The translations under genes and the position numbers were made by a program. Positions 26,980-36,341 of a stretch of 64,000 nt of DNA are shown here, piece after piece. Below the pieces are notes generated by a model, which was not told where the DNA came from, searched no databases, and worked only from the letters and a program-made list of their open reading frames with translations. This stretch comes from a candidate division WOR-3 bacterium. GTDB taxonomy: Bacteria; Hydrothermota; 32-111. Position 1 is the first letter of the stretch, and every line of letters begins with the position of its first letter. The stretch covers positions 63,855 through 127,854 of the forward strand of contig JBDRZY010000006.1 of the NCBI GenBank assembly GCA_039804205.1, given 5' to 3'.

Positions 26980-27872
26980 AAGATATCTTTTTCACCGATG
27001 AATTTATAGAATTTTTCCAGCTTTCAAAAATTGAGACTGATGCTTTTCTTTATCCATTTTTAATGGTTGATTTCAGCGGCCATAAATCTATTTCCTCCTT
27101 AGGTTACCAGGGTATCCTGATCAAGAAAAATTATTCAGATAACGAACTCAAAGAATTTTATGCTGAATTAAAAAATTTTAGAAAAAAAAATCAAATCGTA
27201 TGTGAATTCATAAGGTATAATCCATTTTTAAACAATATACTCCAGCTCGATCAACGAAACGAATCATCAACATTTTTCGTAATAGAAACCGATAAAAATC
27301 CTTCTTCATATTTTGAAAACTTACCATCAAGAACAAGGTATTCGATTAAAAAAGCAAAAGAAAAAATTACAGTAAAAAGTGATAAAACCCTAGGGATTCT
27401 CAAAGGGACTTTAAAATATAAAAATGAATTTTTCTATGATGAGGGAAGTTTGAAGCGTCTGCTCGATGCACCCTTCAGTATAAAATTTTCAGCATTATTT
27501 AACGATGAAGAAGTTGCTTCAAGTTTATTCTTTTGTTCAGATGATACATCATATTACATCGCTAACTTTTCGACAGAGGAAGGTAAAAAAAACAATGCAA
27601 ATATATTTTTAATCTATGAATTTTACAAATTTTGCTTCGAAAGAAAAATCAAATACATCGGACTTGGTGGTGGATTTAATGATAATGACTCTTTATCGTT
27701 TTTCAAAAGTCAATTTTCAACCTATACAACAAAAATTATCCACTCAAAATTGGTGCATGATCAAAAAATCTATAATAAACTTAATGAAAACTTAAAAGAG
27801 AATTATTTCCCACCATACCTTTCAGAAAAAAATCTATTAAAACTTTCCAATAGCTGCAGCAAAAGCGATTGA
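26976..27872 (+). CDS. FemAB-like / GNAT (Acetyltransf_6-type) acyl- or aminoacyl-transferase family protein
   Basis: It overlaps the upstream gene by 4 nt. The C-terminal pattern YYIANFSTEEGKKNNANIFLIYEFYKFCFERKIKYIGLGGG...DSLSFFKSQF fits the FemAB-like/BioF2-like acetyltransferase signature as I recall it. Confidence 0.55.
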   Translation: MKDIFFTDEFIEFFQLSKIETDAFLYPFLMVDFSGHKSISSLGYQGILIKKNYSDNELKEFYAELKNFRKKNQIVCEFIRYNPFLNNILQLDQRNESSTFFVIETDKNPSSYFENLPSRTRYSIKKAKEKITVKSDKTLGILKGTLKYKNEFFYDEGSLKRLLDAPFSIKFSALFNDEEVASSLFFCSDDTSYYIANFSTEEGKKNNANIFLIYEFYKFCFERKIKYIGLGGGFNDNDSLSFFKSQFSTYTTKIIHSKLVHDQKIYNKLNENLKENYFPPYLSEKNLLKLSNSCSKSD

Positions 27873-28730
27873 CATCATTTTGTTCTTCTCATTATCAGAT
27901 CGTGAAATCAGAACGATAGGGGCTTTCGCTCCAACTATAGCACCAGCGAATTTACAATCAGTCCAGTAAATAAGTGCTTTCGCCATAATGTTTCCACATG
28001 CAATATCTGGAACAACCATTACATCAGCATCTCCTGCAACATCACTTGTAACTTTTTTATGTTTTGCTGATTCTATTGAAACAGTTACATCAAAGGATAA
28101 TGGGCCATCCACAATACAATCTTTTATTTGGCCTTCCCTGTTCATTCTTTTTAGGTTATCCGCATCAACAGTTTCAGGCATGTCGGGATTGACTTTTTCG
28201 ATAGCAGCGAGGATTGAAACTTTTGGATTTTGAACACCAAATTTTTTCATAACCATAATAGCGTTGTTGATTATGTTCACTTTCATTGAAAGGTCTGGCT
28301 TTATAATAAAACCACTATCAGTCAATATAAAAGGTTTATGATATCTGTCGATTTCAAAAAGTGAAACATGGGAAAGGACATTGCCCGTTCTTAATCCCCA
28401 CTCTTTGTTCAAAACCGCCTTTCCAAGAACTGATGTATCAACAAAACCTTTCATCAAAAAATCAGCTCTATCATCTCTCACAAGTTTAACAGCCTTTTCG
28501 CATGCCAGAACTCTGTCCTTTTCATCAACGATCTCAAACAGATCTTTTTCAAGATTGTTTTTTTCTATGATCTCGTTGATCTTTTCTCTATCTCCGACAA
28601 AGATTGGAGTGCACAGGTTTTCTTTGTATGCATCATAACACGCCTTGATAACAGTTTCATCATCAGCACAAGCAACAGACAAAATCTTTTTACTCTCTTT
28701 CGCTTTTATTACGATATCGTTAAATTTCAT
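27837..28730 (-). CDS. ptb: Phosphate butyryltransferase / phosphotransacylase (PTA_PTB family)
   Basis: Length is 297 aa. Motifs seen are FVDTSVLGKAVLNKEWGLR, GDADVMVVPDI..GN and PIVLISRSDNEKNKMMSIAFAA. Confidence 0.85.
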   Translation of the reverse strand: MKFNDIVIKAKESKKILSVACADDETVIKACYDAYKENLCTPIFVGDREKINEIIEKNNLEKDLFEIVDEKDRVLACEKAVKLVRDDRADFLMKGFVDTSVLGKAVLNKEWGLRTGNVLSHVSLFEIDRYHKPFILTDSGFIIKPDLSMKVNIINNAIMVMKKFGVQNPKVSILAAIEKVNPDMPETVDADNLKRMNREGQIKDCIVDGPLSFDVTVSIESAKHKKVTSDVAGDADVMVVPDIACGNIMAKALIYWTDCKFAGAIVGAKAPIVLISRSDNEKNKMMSIAFAAAIGKF

Positions 28731-29817
28731 TCAAAACCTCCTTTAATTTTTGGACAAAAATTTTATTCCCCCTTTCAGTCGAAGTCGTTACTCTTAAAAA
28801 TGTGTCAAGTCCATAGTTATCTATTGGTCTTACGATAACTCCTTTTTTTTGTAATTTTTCAAAAATAGTTTTTCCACTACATCTACAATCAAAAGTTATA
28901 AAATTTGTATAACTACTGATAACATAAAAACCCATTTCTTTTAATTTTTCAGTTAAAAACTTTAATCCTTTATCGTTTAAAATTTTACTTTTCCTTATAT
29001 GTTCTTCATCATCTAAAGCAGCAAGGGCTGCCCTCTGGGCAAGAAGGTTAACATTGAAAGGTAATCTAACCTTTTGAAGGATAGAAATTATTTCTCTGTT
29101 TGAAATACCATATCCAACCCTTAAACCTGCAAGTCCATAAATTTTTGAAAATGTTCTCAATATTACAAGGTTTTTATACTTTTTTAGAAATTTTGTTGAA
29201 TCTATTCTTACATTTTCATCAAGGTAATCGTTGTAAGCTTCATCGAGTAAAATCAATGTATCGGTAGGAACATTTTTCAGCAAATACTTGAGTTCATCCT
29301 CAAAGATCATACTTCCAAGTGGATTGTTTGGGTTGTCAATGTATACAATTTTAAAGTTTGATCTTTTTAACATACTGACGATGAAAGATACATCCGTTTT
29401 AAAACCTTTATGTTGAACATCAATGACTTTACACCCATTTAAAATCCCTGAAATCTTAAACATTATGAACGAAGGTGTTGGACGTAAAACTTTATCATTC
29501 TTTTCAGTAAAAGAGAACACAAGATTGTTTATTATTTCAACCGAGCCGTTTCCTAAAACGATCATATCCTGGCAAACACCAATCTTTTCTGATAATCTTT
29601 TTTTAAGATAAAAATTGTTGTCATCAGGATAAAAATTCAAATCGTTTAGGGATTCTTTTATAACCTTTAACGCTTTTGGAGAAATTCCTAAAGGATTTTC
29701 GTTCGAAGCCAATTTATATATTTCCCCTTTCAAGTTAAGTTCCCGTTTGACCTCTTCTATGGGTTTACCGGGAATATAATTTTGAATATTTTGAAGTTGT
29801 TTTTTAAACTTTATCAT
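28720..29817 (-). CDS. hisC: Histidinol-phosphate aminotransferase
   Basis: Motifs seen are YIPGKPIEEV, KLASNENPLG and the PLP-lysine motif RTFSKIYGLAGLRVGY. Confidence 0.9.
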   Translation of the reverse strand: MIKFKKQLQNIQNYIPGKPIEEVKRELNLKGEIYKLASNENPLGISPKALKVIKESLNDLNFYPDDNNFYLKKRLSEKIGVCQDMIVLGNGSVEIINNLVFSFTEKNDKVLRPTPSFIMFKISGILNGCKVIDVQHKGFKTDVSFIVSMLKRSNFKIVYIDNPNNPLGSMIFEDELKYLLKNVPTDTLILLDEAYNDYLDENVRIDSTKFLKKYKNLVILRTFSKIYGLAGLRVGYGISNREIISILQKVRLPFNVNLLAQRAALAALDDEEHIRKSKILNDKGLKFLTEKLKEMGFYVISSYTNFITFDCRCSGKTIFEKLQKKGVIVRPIDNYGLDTFLRVTTSTERGNKIFVQKLKEVLNEI

Positions 29818-31843
29818 TTTTACTCCATTGAAATTTATTTTTTATCGCTTCAGCTATATTTGTTATATGGTCTCCACATCTTTCATATGAAGTCAGAATA
29901 TCTGTAAAAATTGCTGCTGAATCACTTGAACATGATTTGTTGGAAACTCTCAAAAGATGTGTTCTATTATATCTTTTCTCAAAATCGTTCAACTTTTCTT
30001 CAAGAACAAAAATTTCATTTACCCTTTCAAGAGAAAGATCCTCGATAGCAAAATATGCTTCCTTCATCATTTTTTGTAAAACTTCACTCATGCTTTTTAT
30101 CTCTTCGTATGCTTCTTTGGGAAGTTCGATCCTGTTATCTCTTATCATAGATGCGAATTCCAGTATATTTATCGAATGATCACCAACTCTCTCTATATCG
30201 TTTATGGAATGAATTAGAACCGGTATCTGTGAAAACTCCTGATCGGTTAGATCTTCTTTTGAGATCGAAATAAGATAGTTTGTAATCTCATTTTGAAGTA
30301 TATCGGTCTTCATCTCAAGTTTTCTAACCTGCTCAATAAATTCCTGATTTCCTTCAAGCAGAGTTTTCGTTGCAAGTTCTATCGATTGTGAAGCGACTTC
30401 AACCATCTCCATCATCTCTTTTTTTACATTGTAGAGTGCAAGATGTGGGTTTAACAGAAGATTTTTGTCAAGATATTTTGGTGCAAAGAAGTTATCTTTA
30501 ACAACCTTTTTATCCTTAATTATAAATTTACTGATACTTTCTAAAACTCCTGCAAATGGCAGGAACACTAACGTATTAAATACATTGAAGAATGTATGCG
30601 AATTCGCAAGATACCTTTGAATATTCTCTCCTGCGAAATTGTTCCCGGGAGTTATCAATTCGAGAAACTTGTAGTACAGAGGGATACCGTTTATTTTCAC
30701 AAAATATATACCAATCATCATATAAAAAACACCTATAACGTTGAACAAAGAATGTATTATGGCAGCTCTTTTTCCATTTATGTTGGATGAGAGTGATGCG
30801 AGAAGTGCGGTTATAGTTGTTCCAATATTTTCTCCCAAGATCAGCGGAACAGCGGTGTTGATACCAATCAGACCCTGAACAGCAAGCACCATCGTCAGAC
30901 CAACAGTTGCTGAAGATGATTGGACTATCATGGTTATTATCATCCCTGTCAACATCGAGAGTATCGGAGAATCTTCAAATTTCATCATGAATTCTACAAG
31001 TTTATGCGATTCTTTCAAAGGAGATATGGATGATGACATCAAACTTATTCCATAGAATAAAAGCCCAAAACCAAAGATCGTTTCACCAGCTATTTTTATT
31101 TTTCTTGACCCAAAAAGTATCATTAAAACACCGGTAGTGATAGCAGGTAAAGCAAGAGATTCAAACTTGAACGCTATCAGTTGTGCTGTCATTGTCGTTC
31201 CAATGTTAGCTCCCATAATTATGCCTATGGATTGTGTTAAAGTCATAAGTCCAGCGTTAACAAGACCAACAACGATGACAGTAGTAGCAGAGGATGACTG
31301 TATAAACGATGTCACTATTCCGCCAGTCAAAACACCAAAAAAAGTATTCTTTGTCATCTTCGTGATGAAAAATTTTATCCTTTCACCTGCAAAATTTTGT
31401 AAAGAGTCCGACATAAATTTCATTCCGAAAAGGAACAAACCAAGTCCTCCCAGAAGTGTCACTATTATTTCAATCCAGTTCAGGCCAACAACTTTAAAAT
31501 CAAACTTATCAACCTGATAGCCTTTATAGAAGACATTCGCTCTCAATATGTTGGTTCCCATCTTTTTTCCAACCTTTGGGTAAACACTGATTTCTCCATC
31601 TTCAAACTTTAAACTCTCCGGCTCAACCTCTATATCACCATAAACTTTTTCGAAAACAACGAGAAAATTATCTCCATCGATTGAATCCTGTTTTTCATGA
31701 TAAAGTTTTAATCTTATTGGCTCCTTCAACATTGAACTCGTTGGGCAATCAAATTTGTTTTTTTCAACTCTTATCTCATAGGGAAAAAGAAAATTAAAAG
31801 AAAAAGAAACTATAAAAATGAACAATACGAGTAATTTTTTCAT
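29804..31843 (-). CDS. Na/Pi cotransporter family protein with C-terminal PhoU-like repeats and an extra N-terminal exported domain
   Basis: It has duplicated Na_Pi_cotrans segments (SSSATTVIVVGL, QSSSATVGLTMVL) and PhoU-like helices (VGDHSINI, CGDHITNI). Residues 1 to about 115 form a signal peptide plus a beta-rich domain. Confidence 0.85.
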   Translation of the reverse strand: MKKLLVLFIFIVSFSFNFLFPYEIRVEKNKFDCPTSSMLKEPIRLKLYHEKQDSIDGDNFLVVFEKVYGDIEVEPESLKFEDGEISVYPKVGKKMGTNILRANVFYKGYQVDKFDFKVVGLNWIEIIVTLLGGLGLFLFGMKFMSDSLQNFAGERIKFFITKMTKNTFFGVLTGGIVTSFIQSSSATTVIVVGLVNAGLMTLTQSIGIIMGANIGTTMTAQLIAFKFESLALPAITTGVLMILFGSRKIKIAGETIFGFGLLFYGISLMSSSISPLKESHKLVEFMMKFEDSPILSMLTGMIITMIVQSSSATVGLTMVLAVQGLIGINTAVPLILGENIGTTITALLASLSSNINGKRAAIIHSLFNVIGVFYMMIGIYFVKINGIPLYYKFLELITPGNNFAGENIQRYLANSHTFFNVFNTLVFLPFAGVLESISKFIIKDKKVVKDNFFAPKYLDKNLLLNPHLALYNVKKEMMEMVEVASQSIELATKTLLEGNQEFIEQVRKLEMKTDILQNEITNYLISISKEDLTDQEFSQIPVLIHSINDIERVGDHSINILEFASMIRDNRIELPKEAYEEIKSMSEVLQKMMKEAYFAIEDLSLERVNEIFVLEEKLNDFEKRYNRTHLLRVSNKSCSSDSAAIFTDILTSYERCGDHITNIAEAIKNKFQWSKNDKV

Positions 31844-31844
31844 C

Positions 31845-32540
31845 TTAACTTTTCCTCCATATTACAGAAATATTACGTTTTTCTATGTCCCCTTCCCTAT
31901 AAGAAAAAAGTATATCTTTTCTACACACATTACAAAGTTCTACACTTTCTACATCAGATCGTTGCTTTAAAATATCAACTATTATTCCTCTTAAATTGAC
32001 TGAAAATTTTTTATCAAAATGTTTTATATAACTTTCACCAAACCTTTTCAAAAAAAGATTTTTTACATCTTCTTCAACTATGAAATGTTTATCACATATT
32101 CCCTGCAACACCAGAGTTTTTGTATCATTTCTGAAAAATTTCAAACTCTCTTCAACAATTCCTTCTATTATTCCTTTCCAGCCAGCATGCAAACATCCAA
32201 AAATCTTTCCATTATCGGTTGTAAAAAATATGTTATAACAATCGGCTGTTAAAAGATACAGAGCATAATTTTTATCTTCCGAAAATAAACCATCCCCTTC
32301 TTTTGTGATGCCCTTTTCAGCATTATGTATCAATTTTGAGTGTATCTGCCTGTTTCTGACTTTAAAAAGATTTTCGATTTTCAAATTTGAAAAAAATCTT
32401 TCTCTATTCTCTTGATTTTCTTGGAAATTAAAACTCATATCGTTTTCATTGATAAAACTTTTATCTCTCAATGATATTGCGATATTGTAATCGGAAAACA
32501 CATCGTCAAAAATCAAAAAATCTTTTTCCCTTTTCATCAC
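31845..32540 (-). CDS. pgeF: Peptidoglycan editing factor PgeF / YfiH (Cu-oxidase_4 family)
   Basis: Motifs seen are LTADCYNIFF and GCLHAGWKG. There is a C-terminal CNVC. Confidence 0.85.
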   Translation of the reverse strand: MMKREKDFLIFDDVFSDYNIAISLRDKSFINENDMSFNFQENQENRERFFSNLKIENLFKVRNRQIHSKLIHNAEKGITKEGDGLFSEDKNYALYLLTADCYNIFFTTDNGKIFGCLHAGWKGIIEGIVEESLKFFRNDTKTLVLQGICDKHFIVEEDVKNLFLKRFGESYIKHFDKKFSVNLRGIIVDILKQRSDVESVELCNVCRKDILFSYREGDIEKRNISVIWRKS

Positions 32541-34240
32541 TCTGACTCCATCATATCTATTATTCTTAATTGCAAAAGTATTTTTCCGCTATACTCATTT
32601 TTCATGATGTTATAAACAACATCAAACTGTTTCCCTGGTTGTGTCAACTTTGAGATCATCTCTTTACCATTGTTAAACCAGATAGCATCGTAAGAATAAT
32701 CTTCCTGTTTTAAACATAACCTTAAATGTTTATCTTTTAGCATCAATGGATAACCTACAACGTTAACATTTTTTGAAAGAAAAACTGGCTGGGGATTCAT
32801 ATAGCCAAACGGCTCAAGTTTTTCAAGTTTTTCATAGAAATCAAGGTCAATTTTATCCATCGGCAGGATACAATCTATATCAAGTTTTCTCTCATAATCT
32901 TTACCATCGTTCAAAACCTTTGCATACTCTTCAAATCTTCTTTTAAATTCATCTATTTTATCCTTTTTCAGTGTAATACCCGCAGCAAGACGATGCCCAC
33001 CGAAAGAGAGAAGAATCTCTTCAAGATCTTTTAAAGCATTATAGAGATGAAAATTTTGTGTCGATCTTCCTGAACCTTTACCTATATCATCAACTATCGA
33101 AATCATAATCGTTGGCTTGTTGTATTTTTCAACTATCCTACTCGCTACTATACCAATAACACCCTCATGCCAATTCTCCTTTGCTATAACTATCGTTTGT
33201 TTTTTGTGTAGAGATTCTCTTTCGATCATATCAACCGCTTCATCGAATACATCCTGATCGACTTCCTGTCTTAACCTATTCTTTTTGTTCAACTCTTTCG
33301 CCAGATCTTCCGCTTCCTTTCTATCATCGGTTATTAAAAGGTTAACAGCTTTTGTTGCATTATCCATCCGACCCATAGCGTTAATCCTTGGTGCAAGAAT
33401 AAAACCAACATGGTATGAGTTGATGAGATCTTTCTGTAAATCTGAAACCTCTATAAGAGATTTCAATCCATAGTTCTTAACATTTTTCAAATGTTTTAAT
33501 CCTATTGAAGCGATCGTTCTGTTTTCATCTATCAGCGGAACAACATCAGCGATAGTTCCCAGAGTTACAAAATCGATAAAATTGTCCAGAACCGAAAAAT
33601 CAACATTTAAACATTTCCCTAATGCCTGTAAAAGTTTAAATACAACACCACAGCCGGCAAGAGATCTAAAAGGATAAGTTTCATCATCTCTGTTGGGATT
33701 TATTATCGAGTAGGCCAGAGGTGTTTTATCTGAAAACTCATGATGATCTGTGATTATAACATCTATACCTTTTCTTCTCGCATAATCTATCTCATCAAAC
33801 GCTGTTATTCCACAATCAACAGTTATCATCAATGTAACATTTTTGCTTAAAGCATAATCGATACCATTTTTTGAAACACCATACCCCTCTTCAAGACGAT
33901 GGGGAATAAAAAAGTATGGGGTCAATCCAACCATCCTAAAAAATCTGTAAAGCATCGCTGTTGAAGTTATACCATCCGCATCATAATCCCCATAGATGAG
34001 AATCCTTTCATTCTTCTCGATCGCTTTCCTGATCCTTTCGACACTCTCTTTTATCCCGATCATTAAAAAAGGATCATAAAAATTTTTCTCATCAGGGTTT
34101 AAAAACTGTTCAAACTTCTCGGGTTCAACTCCTCTGTTTAAAAGTATTTTTAATATGTATTCATCAGTATTCAGACTTTTCGCTAAACCTTTTAAATCAT
34201 GATCATTTTCTATTTCTTTATATACCCAATTATAGATCAT
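32537..34240 (-). CDS. recJ: Single-stranded-DNA-specific exonuclease RecJ
   Basis: It has the DHH motifs GDYDADGITS, VDCG and ITDHH, plus a DHHA1 region (GGHRLAAG). Confidence 0.92.
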   Translation of the reverse strand: MIYNWVYKEIENDHDLKGLAKSLNTDEYILKILLNRGVEPEKFEQFLNPDEKNFYDPFLMIGIKESVERIRKAIEKNERILIYGDYDADGITSTAMLYRFFRMVGLTPYFFIPHRLEEGYGVSKNGIDYALSKNVTLMITVDCGITAFDEIDYARRKGIDVIITDHHEFSDKTPLAYSIINPNRDDETYPFRSLAGCGVVFKLLQALGKCLNVDFSVLDNFIDFVTLGTIADVVPLIDENRTIASIGLKHLKNVKNYGLKSLIEVSDLQKDLINSYHVGFILAPRINAMGRMDNATKAVNLLITDDRKEAEDLAKELNKKNRLRQEVDQDVFDEAVDMIERESLHKKQTIVIAKENWHEGVIGIVASRIVEKYNKPTIMISIVDDIGKGSGRSTQNFHLYNALKDLEEILLSFGGHRLAAGITLKKDKIDEFKRRFEEYAKVLNDGKDYERKLDIDCILPMDKIDLDFYEKLEKLEPFGYMNPQPVFLSKNVNVVGYPLMLKDKHLRLCLKQEDYSYDAIWFNNGKEMISKLTQPGKQFDVVYNIMKNEYSGKILLQLRIIDMMESE

Positions 34241-35565
34241 ACGATTTCCTTAATCTCTTTAATATTTTTTATTTTTATGATCTCTATATCCTTATCTGTT
34301 TGTATCTTTTCAACATAAGGTATGAAGATTGTTTTTATTCCAATATTTTTTAAATGTTTTATTCTCATCTCAATATTACTACTTGATCTTAAATCGCCAG
34401 TTAGACCGACTTCTCCGATAAAAGCGTTCTCTTTACTCACAATTTTATTTTTGAAGGAAGACAACATCGAAACTATTATCGGTAGATCTATCTGTGGATC
34501 TTTAATCGTTATTCCATTTGAAACGTTTATAAAAATATCCATATTCCCAAAACCAACTCCAAGATACTTTTCACATATCCCTACAAGCATCTGCATCCGT
34601 CTTATATTTATACCCGTAGGGACTCTCTGGGGAACACCATATTTTGAATAGAATATCAAAGATTCGATCTCTAAAGCCAGAGGCATACTACCTTCAACTG
34701 TGCAGGATATTGCCCTTCCTACTTTATCTCCACTTGTAAGATTTATCCTGTCGATGTTATCTAAACTCAAAAGCCCATTCTCTTCCATCTTAAATATTGC
34801 CATCTCATCGGTTGAACCAAATCTGTTTTTGTTGGATTTAAGTATTCTCAGATTCTCATGTTCCAAAGAATCAAGATAGAGAATCACATCCACAAGATGT
34901 TCAAGAGTTTTTGGCCCAGCGACACTTCCATCTTTAGTTATATGTCCTATCACGATAACTGAAATGTTCTTTTGTTTAGCAATTTTTATCAACTCTCCCA
35001 TTATGTATTTCACAGTTGTTGGAGAACCAGGAATAGTTGGAATATTCTCTGATCCAACCATCTGAATAGAGTCGATGATTACAACATCTGATGAATTTAA
35101 AACTTTTTCGTTATCAACCAGATCCTCAAAGAGATTTGAAGAGATTATCTTGAAATTCTTCTCTTTCAAAACTCTGACAGCTCTCAACTTTATCTGTTCG
35201 AAAGATTCTTCAGATGAAAAATAAAGAACATTAACATCATCTGGTAATTTTTCTATTATTTTCAAAGATAGTGTTGATTTTCCAGATCCAGGATTCCCGG
35301 CAAGAAGAACGATTGAACCTTTTACGAGACCACCACCAAAAACTCTGTTTAAAGAGTCATCCAGGAATTTTATCCTTGAAAAATTTTCAAGTTTTATTTC
35401 ATCAATGGATACAGGTTTTACATCCCTTTCTTTTTTGATATCATCCTTTTCAATGATAAAAGTGTCCCACATACCACATTCTGGACATCTCCCCAACCAT
35501 TTAACACTCTTAAAACCACATTCTGAACAAACAAAACTTTTACTTCCCTTTTTGCTCACAAACAT
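34237..35565 (-). CDS. radA: DNA repair protein RadA/Sms
   Basis: It has the zinc ribbon FVCSECGFKSVKWLGRCPECGMWDTF, Walker A GNPGSGKST, a KNRFG motif and a Lon-like C-terminus. Confidence 0.95.
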   Translation of the reverse strand: MFVSKKGSKSFVCSECGFKSVKWLGRCPECGMWDTFIIEKDDIKKERDVKPVSIDEIKLENFSRIKFLDDSLNRVFGGGLVKGSIVLLAGNPGSGKSTLSLKIIEKLPDDVNVLYFSSEESFEQIKLRAVRVLKEKNFKIISSNLFEDLVDNEKVLNSSDVVIIDSIQMVGSENIPTIPGSPTTVKYIMGELIKIAKQKNISVIVIGHITKDGSVAGPKTLEHLVDVILYLDSLEHENLRILKSNKNRFGSTDEMAIFKMEENGLLSLDNIDRINLTSGDKVGRAISCTVEGSMPLALEIESLIFYSKYGVPQRVPTGINIRRMQMLVGICEKYLGVGFGNMDIFINVSNGITIKDPQIDLPIIVSMLSSFKNKIVSKENAFIGEVGLTGDLRSSSNIEMRIKHLKNIGIKTIFIPYVEKIQTDKDIEIIKIKNIKEIKEIV

Positions 35566-36341
35566 CCCTTTACTATTTTATTTTTTTCGATTTCATCAAG
35601 TATCCTGTTCAACTTTTTCAAACTCTCGTTCAACCTTATATAAACTGTGTCCTCTCTGAGTATCCTTTTTACACTTCCACTCCCTTCGGAAAATATTTCT
35701 ATCTCTTTTTTCAATGACAACATCGCAGGATATAAAGAATCAACTATCATACTGACTTTATCTGAACTGTAGGAAAGTTTGGTAACTATACTGTTTATAT
35801 CTTTATCATTCTTTTCGACCAGATCATTTATTTTTTTCAATGCTGAAAAAAGTGTATCGACTATCTCTTCAACTCTCTCCTTCGATGGAATGGCGTTGAA
35901 AACCATTTCCCTTATATCAGAGATTATTATCCCTATCTCAGAAATGTTAAAATCTCTGTTAACTCCAATGAGTGTATCAAAGGGATATCTATAGAGTGTA
36001 TCCCCAGAAGGCTGGACGAATATGTATTTTGTTCCACCGATTATTCCAAGATCCTGTATAGCAACAAAGGAATTTTTTCCAACTTTAAAATCTTTTTTCA
36101 ACCATAATTTTAAAAGCACATAATCCTTTGTTAAAACAACATCGACAACCGTCCCACACTTCACTCCTCTATATCTTACCTCGTCGTTTACCTTTACACC
36201 ATCAGCATGAGAAAATTTCACCAGGACATAATTGTTGTCAGTAAAAAATCTCACCTTGTTCATAAAAAAACTTAAAAAAATCAATATAGCAATACCGATA
36301 AAAACTGTAAGACCTATTATAAAAATTTTTTTATCTTCCAT
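35556..36341 (-). CDS. mlaD: MlaD-like MCE-domain protein
   Basis: It has an N-terminal TM anchor and an MCE domain (GVKVNDEVRYRGVKCGTV). It sits downstream of mlaE and mlaF. Confidence 0.75.
   Translation of the reverse strand: MEDKKIFIIGLTVFIGIAILIFLSFFMNKVRFFTDNNYVLVKFSHADGVKVNDEVRYRGVKCGTVVDVVLTKDYVLLKLWLKKDFKVGKNSFVAIQDLGIIGGTKYIFVQPSGDTLYRYPFDTLIGVNRDFNISEIGIIISDIREMVFNAIPSKERVEEIVDTLFSALKKINDLVEKNDKDINSIVTKLSYSSDKVSMIVDSLYPAMLSLKKEIEIFSEGSGSVKRILREDTVYIRLNESLKKLNRILDEIEKNKIVKGCL

Noticed and set aside
27182-27190. An A9 homopolymer inside the FemAB-like gene, and similar A8/T8 runs elsewhere (for example around 1224-1231), considered as slipped-strand phase-variation switches.
   Set aside because: Runs of 8-9 A or T are expected by chance in DNA this AT-rich, where they encode Lys or Phe runs. 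Nothing here suggests frame-shifted variants.
27837-28730. ptb (phosphate butyryltransferase) without an adjacent butyrate kinase, considered as an anomaly.
   Set aside because: Given the streamlined, function-mixed operons here, the absence of an adjacent buk says little. The partner kinase may be elsewhere in the genome.
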